Positions 8,633-16,731 of a stretch of 18,860 nt of DNA are shown piece by piece. Origin of the DNA: a virus (lineage: Duplodnaviria > Heunggongvirae > Uroviricota > Caudoviricetes). Position 1 is the stretch's first letter, and each line of letters starts with the position of its first letter. The position numbers were made by a program, and so were the translations under genes. Under the pieces are notes generated by a model, which was not told where the DNA came from, did not search any database, and saw nothing but the letters and a program-made list of their open reading frames with translations. The stretch is from IMG/VR virus record IMGVR_UViG_2526164632_000035; one strand, written 5' to 3'.

Positions 8633-9077
8633 ATCTCACACCTCCGGAAATCCCCGCTGAAGCCATCATTAATGCGACATCATCCTCGCTGACATCCGCC
8701 ACATCCGCAGACGATAAAATCTCACGCCCTCCGTCCCCACCAAACCGGACGCCTCCGGCAAGTCCTGCCGCTTTCTGCATCAGCATTTTTTCCTCATCCG
8801 GCATCTCCGTCTGCGCTTCCTCACGCCGGGGGGCAAGCAGACTGAAATCAGAGGGATGCATATCCGGATCGCAAAAAAACAGGCTGAGTACGGCGTACGT
8901 CAGCCCGGAAAAATGCATATCCAGTTGGGTATCGAGAAAATAATGCGTACGGTAAAAATGTCGCCAGTCGGCATATTCGGTGGATGTCATCCCGGCAAGC
9001 ATGGCGCGCCAGTCAGGCCTCCCCATCTCACGCGCCAGTCTGAGGGCAAAATTCAGCTCGCCGTCGAAGACTTTCCC
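8613..9077 (-). CDS. T: T-frame segment of the tail assembly chaperone GT, reached by programmed -1 frameshift from G
   Basis: The -1 frame is open from the slippery site to the stop at 8613..8615 and encodes …GKVFDGELNFALRLAREMGRPDWRAMLAGMTSTEYADW…, matching lambda gpT as recalled. Confidence 0.8.
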   Translation of the reverse strand, partial: GKVFDGELNFALRLAREMGRPDWRAMLAGMTSTEYADWRHFYRTHYFLDTQLDMHFSGLTYAVLSLFFCDPDMHPSDFSLLAPRREEAQTEMPDEEKMLMQKAAGLAGGVRFGGDGGREILSSADVADVSEDDVALMMASAGISGGVRYVPAGW

Positions 9078-9484
9078 GCAGAAAAATCATCATCAGTCAG
9101 CGCGTTATTTTTCGCCACTTCGGTGCTGTCAGTATCCGCATGAACAGCCCCGCTCATCCCGGACAGACGCAACACCACATCTTCCGCCCGGGCAATGGCA
9201 TCCGCAGGCCAGGTGGTGAGCACCTCCTGTTCGATCTGCATCACAGCCTCATTCATTGACGGTGATGCCGTTTTCTGCGGATGGTTATGCCACAGGGACA
9301 TCGCCACCAGAAACGCGCCGGTTCTGACGAGATCTTCCACGCTTACCTGCAGGTTGCCGCTGGATTCTGCCTGTTCTGCACGCCGTTTCAGGAGGGCAAG
9401 ATGCTCAATACGCTGCAGCGCAGACAATTCGGAAAGCGTGACGGACACACCGTTATATTCAAATTGTTCTGTTTTCAGAAACAT
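9053..9484 (-). CDS. G: Tail assembly chaperone (lambda gpG-like)
   Basis: Start chosen at the internal ATG (MFLKTEQFEYNGVSVTLSELSALQRIEHLAL…) with GGAGG 9 nt upstream. The track ORF's 24-aa N-terminal extension overlaps V and is rejected. Confidence 0.85.
   Translation of the reverse strand: MFLKTEQFEYNGVSVTLSELSALQRIEHLALLKRRAEQAESSGNLQVSVEDLVRTGAFLVAMSLWHNHPQKTASPSMNEAVMQIEQEVLTTWPADAIARAEDVVLRLSGMSGAVHADTDSTEVAKNNALTDDDFSAGKSSTAS
9071..9077 (-). promoter_or_regulatory. Programmed -1 ribosomal frameshift slippery heptamer G GGA AAG (G to GT)
   Basis: Minus-strand gcGGGAAAGtc lies 6 codons before the G stop. This is the same heptamer used at the lambda G-T frameshift site. Confidence 0.8.
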
Positions 9485-9497
9485 GTATGACCTCCGT

Positions 9498-10250
9498 TTA
9501 CCCTGCAGCGCCCGCTTCAGTAACGGTGACTTCAGCCACTGCGGCGAACTGACCATTTCCGCTCACCACAGGGATCTGCACCTTACCTGTCGCCACGCCG
9601 TTTACCGTAATTGTCATATCTTTCACACTAATGGTGGCTTTCGACGGATCGGCGGAAACCGCTCTGAACGTCTTGTCTGTTGCACTTTCCGGCTCAAAAG
9701 AAACCGTCAGGGTGGTTGTTTTCCCTTTTGCCACCGTACCGGATGTCGGCGTCACCTTAATCGCACTGACCGGCGTAATTTTGCTGCGTTCTTCCGCTAC
9801 AGAAGGTTTACCCACGTTAGTGACTTTCACCGTGCGGGTGATCACTTCTTTCGCCGTCACGGCCTTACCGATACTGCTGACCCAGCCACGAAACACATCC
9901 ACCGTGCCATTCGGGAAACGGATTTTATAGGCCCGGACATCGCCGCTTTCAAACCAGCCTATAAGCCCTTTCTGACCTTCTTCTCCCGGTTTCCAGGCCA
10001 GCGTAAAACTGGTATCTCCTGCAGACTTCTGCCCCTGCCCGGTCGCGGTCCAGTCCGCGTCTTCATCATCCAGGTAGTTATCATCGTAGGGTTCTGCCGT
10101 CATCTCGCCCGGCGTCAGATCCTTCACCTTAGCCAGTCGCAGCCAGTCATCGTCTGACAACGGGTTTGCATAGGCGTCACCCTGACCGTTATAAACCCAC
10201 AGGGTGGTACCGGCACCTTTTACCGGCTCAAGGGGATTTGGTGTTGACAT
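9498..10250 (-). CDS. V: Major tail tube protein (lambda gpV-like, with C-terminal Ig-like domain)
   Basis: 250 aa with similarity throughout ([79 protein letters not shown]). Confidence 0.9.
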   Translation of the reverse strand: MSTPNPLEPVKGAGTTLWVYNGQGDAYANPLSDDDWLRLAKVKDLTPGEMTAEPYDDNYLDDEDADWTATGQGQKSAGDTSFTLAWKPGEEGQKGLIGWFESGDVRAYKIRFPNGTVDVFRGWVSSIGKAVTAKEVITRTVKVTNVGKPSVAEERSKITPVSAIKVTPTSGTVAKGKTTTLTVSFEPESATDKTFRAVSADPSKATISVKDMTITVNGVATGKVQIPVVSGNGQFAAVAEVTVTEAGAAG

Positions 10251-10257
10251 ATCGTCC

Positions 10258-10653
10258 TCACATCTCGTATGTAATGGAATAAGTCAGATCCGCAGAACTC
10301 CATAACGCCATATCGTCATCACGACGATACTCATAGCCCTGCGTAACCATCGTGGTAATCAGGTCTGCCAGTGCCGGGATCGCAGTCATCGCCGGATAAA
10401 TCCGGCTTTCCATCCACGAATCCAGCTCCGAATCCGGTACCTGTGCTGGTAAAAACACCTCAATATGCAGTGTGGCCCGCCAGGTATCTGCATCCAGCTC
10501 TTCACCGGTATACTCTGCATCCGTCAGATAAACCGCGACCGCGGGAAAATCCTCTTCGTCAAAAACAACGGGGCGACCATCAAACAGCGTCGCCCCGTGT
10601 TCATGCAGCTCCAGTGCATCCAGCACTGCAGCACGGATATCAGTATGTTTCAT
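10258..10653 (-). CDS. U: Tail terminator protein (lambda gpU-like)
   Basis: 131 aa, [15 protein letters not shown]…[18 protein letters not shown]…[25 protein letters not shown]…YRRDDD…[13 protein letters not shown]. Start overlaps the Z stop. Confidence 0.9.
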   Translation of the reverse strand: MKHTDIRAAVLDALELHEHGATLFDGRPVVFDEEDFPAVAVYLTDAEYTGEELDADTWRATLHIEVFLPAQVPDSELDSWMESRIYPAMTAIPALADLITTMVTQGYEYRRDDDMALWSSADLTYSITYEM

Positions 10654-11183
10654 CGTTTTATCGCAATCCTCAGTTGTTGTTTCAGCGCGTATGCCAGTTC
10701 TCCGGGCAGACGTTCACGCCGGATACGGTCAACATTCTCATCAAACGCCTGTTTCAGTGGGGCCGCCATCGGGATTTTCACCACATCAATGGGGTAACGG
10801 TTTTTCCCGACCACACGCTGCATGACATGCCAGCGACCATTTTTTAATCGCTGAATAAATGCCCGCTGATAACGATGCTGACCGGCTTTGAGTATGCTGT
10901 CCGGACGACGCCCCGGCATCCTGATCCCCAGCTTAATCACCGGGAGATCACCGCGGTTAACGATAATTCTGGCATTCGGATTTCTGACCGTGGCCCGTTT
11001 CAGTCTGGACCGTTCCTTAACCAGTTTCCGTCTCACCCTGGTTTCCCGGGCAACCTGTGATGAAGACTGATTAATCGCCGTTGTGGCCACGCGGTTAATG
11101 GTCATTGCAGAAGCCGCCGGAATGGCGTTTTTACGAACCCGGCTCAGATTATCAATCGCCTGCTCAAGCCCTTTTATCGCCAT
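10650..11183 (-). CDS. Z: Tail completion protein (lambda gpZ-like)
   Basis: 177 aa, MAIKGLEQA..NLSR…INRVA..AI.QS.SQVARET.VRRKLVKER.RLKRATV.NP.ARI.VNRGDLPVIKLG…AFIQ.LKNGRWHVMQRV.GKNRYPIDVVKIPMA.PL…RIRRERLP.EL.YAL. The central region appears shorter than I recall for lambda gpZ; not resolved. Confidence 0.8.
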   Translation of the reverse strand: MAIKGLEQAIDNLSRVRKNAIPAASAMTINRVATTAINQSSSQVARETRVRRKLVKERSRLKRATVRNPNARIIVNRGDLPVIKLGIRMPGRRPDSILKAGQHRYQRAFIQRLKNGRWHVMQRVVGKNRYPIDVVKIPMAAPLKQAFDENVDRIRRERLPGELAYALKQQLRIAIKR

Positions 11184-11198
11184 AATTTCACCCTGCGT

Positions 11199-11552
11199 TT
11201 ATCGTCGCCGGTTAACGGCGGGTGGTTGCCCACGGTTGAGCCAGAGATAACAGCTGCCCCCGTCATCCGGAGAAACACGATCCACCCAGAATATCTCACC
11301 ATTAATGGTCAGCGTGTCACCACGCCGCACAGCACGAACCGTATCCGTCCGCACAAATAATGACGGGCTGCTTCCTTCAATACGGACCCCGCTACCGGCA
11401 AATCCCAGCGACTCCGGATCGTCAAAAACCCCCTGAACTTCTCCGCCACACTGTGCCCCCGAGGTGAACTGTGCACAGAGCCCCATCACTTCAACAATCG
11501 TACTGTCCACCCCGGCAAGGGCAGCATCAAAGGCATTCTGAAAATCACGCAT
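11199..11552 (-). CDS. FII: Head-tail joining protein (lambda gpFII-like)
   Basis: Start chosen at the ATG giving MRDFQNAFDAALAGVDSTI…, which aligns with the lambda FII N-terminus. C-terminus FWVDRVSPDDGGSCYLWLNRGQPPAVNRRR. Start overlaps the FI stop (ATGCGTGA). Confidence 0.8.
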   Translation of the reverse strand: MRDFQNAFDAALAGVDSTIVEVMGLCAQFTSGAQCGGEVQGVFDDPESLGFAGSGVRIEGSSPSLFVRTDTVRAVRRGDTLTINGEIFWVDRVSPDDGGSCYLWLNRGQPPAVNRRR

Positions 11553-11919
11553 AAACAGCCATTCCGCCATCAACGTGTGTTTTTGCATCTGAGGACATAA
11601 TCAGAATCACCCGACCAACATCCGCAATCTCAACGGATTCCCCTGTTTCACCATCAATGCTACAGAGATGGAGGCAGGTCAGAACTCTGATGCGCGTTAA
11701 CGCACCGGATGTATCCTCACGAACATCATGAGCCGCGGTTTCCCGCTCCCGGATCACCGTATCCCCAACCTGAACATCCTCGCCGGATGACTGTATTTCC
11801 TCTTCCCATTCCGCCACCCGCTGCGCTATCTCTGCGGCACTCCCGGATATATCCGGCTCACGCCCCAGAATCAGGGCCAGTTCATCAAGCCGTTTCAGAT
11901 TTTGCTCTTTCGTTGCCAT
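11545..11919 (-). CDS. FI: DNA packaging protein (lambda gpFI-like)
   Basis: Start chosen at the internal ATG (MATKEQNLKRLDELALILGRE…AEIAQRVAEWEEEI…). Acidic mid-region. Position between E and FII. Confidence 0.7.
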   Translation of the reverse strand: MATKEQNLKRLDELALILGREPDISGSAAEIAQRVAEWEEEIQSSGEDVQVGDTVIRERETAAHDVREDTSGALTRIRVLTCLHLCSIDGETGESVEIADVGRVILIMSSDAKTHVDGGMAVYA

Positions 11920-11970
11920 ATCAGCCCCCTGTGAAAAAAGACACGGGGGCATTTCGCCCCCGCTCACGGA

Positions 11971-12998
11971 TTATTTCACCTGTACCACCACAAACTCATC
12001 CGGGTCCGGCAACACCATCAGCGGCGCAGACTGCGTCATGGTAAATTCACGGGCGGGATCCCCCACCGTCAGCCAGTGTTTCGGATAACGGGAAGAGGCC
12101 ACCACACCTTCGGACAACGCCTGCGCATCCTGAATGGCACCGTAACAACGGATCCCATCTGCAGCAGTATTCCCCAGAACCAGCATGCCCTCCGGCAGAT
12201 AACGTTTTTCGATACCGTCTTCTGCTATATAAGACGTTTTCGCCACCACAATGGCCAGATCGCCGTAATACCCCTTGAAGGACACCACTGCGCCCAGATC
12301 TTTCACTGCCGTTTCGAGTTGAGAATTTGAACCGCGACGGGTATCCAGTTTTTCGCGGAACAGCTTAAAACCATTCAGAAGACGCCAGACGGTACCGTCC
12401 ATAATGGCAATATTCACAAGACCGCTGGCCTGGTCGCAGTAGAGGTCAAGATCATGTGTAGGATCGAACGTGTCACGATCCTGTTTTGACCACTCCTTAC
12501 CACTACCCTGAGTGATGTTATTCTTCGTCGACCTGCCAAAATCGACCTCAATTTTCTCGAACTGGTCTCCTTCCATCGTGTATTTGCCATACAGCACGGC
12601 ATTCACCGCCTGCATTTCTTCCACCTGGACAATGGCGTGCTCTTCCTGTTTGAGGTTATCAGTGATGATACGCAGACGACGGTAGGCCGGGTCGTTCAGC
12701 TGAGCCGGATCTTCACCGGGAAGACGCTCAACCGCCTGCTGGTAATTAAATTCGTGTTTCGGCTTGACGTAGCCCGGACGTAACACGCGGGTTTCACCAC
12801 CACGATGACGCAGCACTTTTCCTTCAACAACCGGGGAGACATAGGCCGCCACCGGCGTTTTCCAGTAATTTTGTCCAGCATCACCTCTTCGGTATGGAAA
12901 TTCACCGTACGGCGGAAAAACAGCTCCAGAAACAGCGCACGAAATTTCACTTTTTGTTCGGTATAACCGAGTAACTGGCGGGTCGTAAACAATCCCAT
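11971..12998 (-). pseudogene. E: Major capsid protein (lambda gpE-like), split by a frameshift at the homopolymer 12858..12861
   Basis: N-terminal frame from ATG 12998 (MGLFTTRQLLGYTEQKVKFRALFLELFFRRTVNFHTEEVMLDKITG) and C-terminal frame (…VAAYVSPVVEGKVLRHRGGE…PGYVKPKHE…VQVEEMQAV…KLDTRRGSNSQLETAVKDLG…GDPAREFTMTQSAPLMVLPDPDEFVVVQVK) both match consecutive parts of lambda gpE but sit in different frames. The junction is at minus-strand ggAAAAcg. Confidence 0.8.
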
Positions 12999-13055
12999 AA
13001 ATCAGTTCCTTTCATTCAGAAATCAGTCAGGCCACCGCGGTGGCCTGATAACGTG

Positions 13056-13403
13056 TTACGGCAGCGCCGCGTGACTCAGGGCACTGCCGGCAAAGGCATT
13101 TGCCTTTTTGTGTTCATCCACACTTTCAGGCCAGCGGATTGCCTCCGTCGCAAAGGTCCCCGACTTGTAATAGGTCAGTACCGTCTCTGTGCCTTCAAGC
13201 GGCAGTACCAGTATGCCAACTGCACTACCGGCTTTCTGTCCGTCCCAGACCACCAGTTTCCCGCTGGCTTCATCCAGCATCAGGGGCGTCAGTGCCGGTG
13301 TTGCCGAGGAAATCCCGCTGCTGCCTGTGGCGGTATGAGCCGGATCATTACCGGCAAAAATACGTACTTCCGCACGCTGTTCAGTGATGGTTTTCGTTAC
13401 CAT
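13056..13403 (-). CDS. D: Head decoration protein (lambda gpD-like)
   Basis: Start at ATG 13403 (MVTKTITEQ…) with AGGAGG 8 nt upstream. NDPAHTATG…TPLMLD…KLV.WDG…AVGIL…TYYKSGTF…WPE…AFAG. Confidence 0.85.
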   Translation of the reverse strand: MVTKTITEQRAEVRIFAGNDPAHTATGSSGISSATPALTPLMLDEASGKLVVWDGQKAGSAVGILVLPLEGTETVLTYYKSGTFATEAIRWPESVDEHKKANAFAGSALSHAALP

Positions 13404-13438
13404 ATTGTAAAACCTCCTGTTGATGATCAGCACTGACT

Positions 13439-14945
13439 TCATGGCATGGCCATGAGCATTTTCACGTCCGCATCACCGTCTGCTGACGTCTGTGGCACGC
13501 CACCCTGTACCGCTGCCGGTGAATGGTTCGCCATGATGCGTTCAAACAGGGCGGTTGTGGATGCAGAGACCGGTTCTGCCTTACCTGATCCCGCAGCCAG
13601 CACAGCCCGGGCGCTCTCCACAGTCATTCCCGGGCAGGCAGCCAGCTGTTCAGCCTGCGCCTCAGCCCCTTTTGCCTCATCCAGTGCCATGATCTGATCA
13701 CGGAGTGAGGGTCCGGCATCCGCCTGCGGTGAAGCAGCCAGGATCGGGCGGGCTTTTTCCACCGTCATCTCCGGCATCGCCGCCAGCGTTGCCGCCAGTT
13801 GTTCACGACCGTTCGCTTCTTCACACGCCATAATGCGATCGGCTTCACTCTGCGTGGATGCCACCGGCTGCTGCGGTGCCGCCGCGGCCAGAATCGCCCG
13901 GGCCTGTTCAACGCTCATGCCCTGTTGTCCTGCCAGCATCGTGGCAAGCTGTTCACGTCCTTTCGCTTCCTGGCATGTCAGGATCCCCATCACTCGCTGG
14001 TTCTCCTGCGCGGCGGCTTCCGTTGCAGTTAATTGCGGCATAGTGCCTCCTCTGACATTACTGTTCAGCGCCGTGGCCATCACACTGATGGCATCCGACG
14101 CATTGACTAATTCATCCGCCAGCCCGGCATCAATGCCGGACTGACCTTCAAAAACGGCGGCCTCTGTTCCCGTGACGGCATCAACAGACAGACCGGTAAA
14201 CATGGCCACTTTTTCGGCAAACATCCGGCGCGCCGCATCAATGCGCTGCTGCATGTCCTGGCGAACCTCTGCCGGTAAGGCTTCAAACTGATTGCCATCC
14301 ACCTTGTGCGCCCCTGAGTAAATCAGCGTGATATCCACACCGGCCTGCGCCAGATGACCGGCATAGCTGACATGGCTCATCATCACGCCAATGGAGCCGA
14401 TACGGGATGTCTGGGTAACCAGCCGTCGGGAGCAGGCCGATGCCAGCAGCATGGCTGCAGAACAGGCCGTGTCATTGCACAGTGCCCAGACCGGCTTCTG
14501 CTGACGGAGGCGGTAAATCATGTCAGCGCAGTCAAACGCGCCGGCGGCCTGCCCGCCCGGACTGTCAATGTCCAGCAGTACGCCCCGCACCTGGCTATCC
14601 GCCATTGCCTGCTGAAGACAGGCGACAATGCCGTCATAGCCAGTCATTCCGGAAAATGGCCGCATCCCCCCCAGCCGGTGCACCAGCGTGCCGGTCACCG
14701 GCAGTACCGCAATACCGTTCACCACCCGGTAAACACGGGCCGGTCGTTTACCTCCGGCCATGTACTCGTCCGTTTCAGCCAGCATTCCGGGAGCATCAAG
14801 CTGTACCTGCTGCTTGTGGTACCGAAAGACTTGCTGCCCCCATCTCGCGCCCGAGCGCGCAAAAGAAAACCCGCGCATAGGCGGGCTCCAGAAGCAGCGG
14901 TTCATTGAATGCTGCGGCAATAATGTGTGAAAGATTACGTCTCAC
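13439..14945 (-). pseudogene. C: Head maturation protease and scaffold (lambda gpC/Nu3-like), with a frameshift near 14796..14825
   Basis: The true N-terminus is in another frame: GTG at 14943..14945 with AGGAGA 9 nt upstream gives VRRNLSHIIAAAFNEPLLLEPAYARVFFCALGREMGAASLSVPQAAGTA*, matching the lambda gpC N-terminus, with a stop at 14796..14798. The rest (…GKRPARVYRVVNGIAVLPVTGTLV…GMTGYDGI…LLDIDSPGG…KPVWALCND…LVTQTSRIGSIGVMM…) is in the track ORF frame 13439..14920. Confidence 0.75.
13537..13996 (-). repeat. Three tandem, diverged copies of an approximately 150-bp unit encoding an approximately 50-aa motif in the Nu3/scaffold part of C
   Basis: Protein copies: RVMGILTCQEAKGREQLATMLAGQQGMSVEQARAILAAA…; RIMACEEANGREQLAATLAAMPEMTVEKARPILAAS…; QIMALDEAKGAEAQAEQLAACPGMTVESARAVLAAG…; followed by a partial RIMANH…. 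Lambda as recalled has one copy. Confidence 0.7.
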
Positions 14946-16528
14946 GTGGTGTTGTCTCCTCTTCCGGCCTGCGACTCTCCGCTATCTGCTGCTGATACGC
15001 CTGCGCTATCCACACCGGACGTGAGAGTCCGGCTTTTTCCCGCTCTGCAGATTCCCTGACCTGCTGGCGGAAAATGTCCTGATAATCCTCGCCCATCAGC
15101 GCCAGCTCTTTCTCATACGTGCTCAGTCCGGCCTCAATGCGCATCACTGATTCCTGAACCTCCTTGAGCCCGTCAATGGCCATTCTTCCGGCTCCAATCC
15201 ACTCAGCCCGTGACCAGGCTGATCGCGCCTGATAAAAATCAAAACGTGCCCGTGGCGGACGAATAATCCCCCGAAGAAGTGCCTCTTCCAGCCAGCAGGA
15301 AAACATCTGCGTGGCCAGCCGGGACGCAATAAATTTTCGCCGCCCCATAAAATAGCGCCACGACTCATTGGCGGATGCGCGGGCACTTGAATAACTGACC
15401 TTCGAGTAATCACGGGACAACTGTTCGTAGGAAACGCCAAGACCGGCGGCGATATACCGCAGCAGCGCCTGTTCAAGCGCCGAAAATCCATTGTCTGAAT
15501 CCTGCGCGGTCTGAAGTTTCAGATCATCACCGGGGAAAAGGTGCGGAATTTTGACACCGCCCAGCGTCACGCTATTCGTGTCATACCAGGTGGAGAACTT
15601 ATCCAGAATATTAATAAGCGGATTATCCTTCTGCCCCTGCGGCGCACCGGCGATATATTCAAAGGCCTTTTCGGTATCAAGGTCACTTTCAATCGTCGCT
15701 GCATACATCGCCTTCACTATGGCCGACTGAAGCTGTGTTGCCTGCAGGGAATCGAGCATCTTCAGCCGTTCCATTACGCTGTAAAACTGATTGGCCCCAC
15801 GGGTCTGCCCGTCCTCCACCGGCTCGAAAATATGCAGCATGGCCGGACGCCCGGTGGGAAGTTCACGCGGGATCCGTTCCCATCGTCCACTCCCAGAGAA
15901 CGGAAAATCATCCTCACAGATATGGTACGCAACGGCACGACCATATCGATCGACCTCCACACCGGCCCGCAGAAAACGGTTCCCCATACCGTGTCCTGGC
16001 GTGTCCACCCGTTTCGGACTCACGGCTTTAAAACGCGTACGAAACAGTTGCGTGCTCTCCGTATCCCAGACCGGCTGCACAAAGATTTTCGCCGTTAAAC
16101 GCATGAACGCCCACACCTTCACGAATAAATTCCGTAAACGTGCGTTTCTCTTCCACGTCGATCTCGCCAGACATCCCTTCGGCGTATTCCGACCAGGCCG
16201 CCTCCACCTCATCGACAAAACTTTTTGCCGCAGTCTCCCGCATCCCCAGCCAGCGCCAGTTCGGACGGTAGCTGATCAGAAACATATGCCCGACAATATG
16301 ATCCTTATGCAGGGCCACCGCATTGGCCGCTATCCCGTTATTGCGCACCAGATCATCTGCCCGGGCATTCCCCAGACGCAACGCAGGCAGCAGGGCTGCA
16401 TCGGCACTCTGCGCCGGTGGCAACCACTCCGCCATTTGCCCGCCAAATCCTGCACCGCCACCGTTGTAGCTGAGGCTCTCCCGAAGCGGAACGCCGTTCA
16501 CATCAATCAGGACAGGCGTTCGTTTCAT
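14935..16528 (-). pseudogene. B: Portal protein (lambda gpB-like), split by a frameshift at the homopolymer 16086..16089
   Basis: N-terminal frame from ATG 16528 (MKRTPVLIDVNGVPL…GGGAGFGGQ…NARADDLVRNNGIAANAVALHKDHIVG…HAFNGEN) stops at 16028. C-terminal frame (…IFVQPVWDTESTQLFRTRFKAVSPKR…FEPVEDGQTRGAN.FYSVME…QSAIVKAMYAATIES…GLGVSYEQLSR…) runs to the stop at 14935. Both match lambda gpB. The junction is at minus-strand gAAAAtc. Confidence 0.8.
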
Positions 16529-16731
16529 AACCTCACTCCCAGCGGACGACGGCGACGTCGGGTTGTCCCCAGTACCGACTCCGCATCATTGATCGCCCGG
16601 TTAAGCTCATCCAGAGAAGCCGCCGTATATTCAATTCTGCGACCATCTTTCTGGACAGACACCACCCGTTTACCGGTTAATAAATCAAGGCGCGCCTGAC
16701 GCAGCGCCTGCAGTTCAGCGACTGTAACCAT
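16525..16731 (-). CDS. W: Head-tail connector protein (lambda gpW-like)
   Basis: 68 aa, same length as lambda gpW (…LTGKRVVSVQKDGRRIEYTAASLDEL…RRRR). Stop overlaps the B start (ATGA). Start overlaps the A 3' end. Confidence 0.85.
   Translation of the reverse strand: MVTVAELQALRQARLDLLTGKRVVSVQKDGRRIEYTAASLDELNRAINDAESVLGTTRRRRRPLGVRL

Noticed and set aside
10860-10940. Possible internal deletion or compensated double frameshift in gpZ
   Set aside because: It rests only on my uncertain recollection of the lambda gpZ sequence; the ORF is continuous and the flanks align, so I cannot distinguish natural variation from a lesion.
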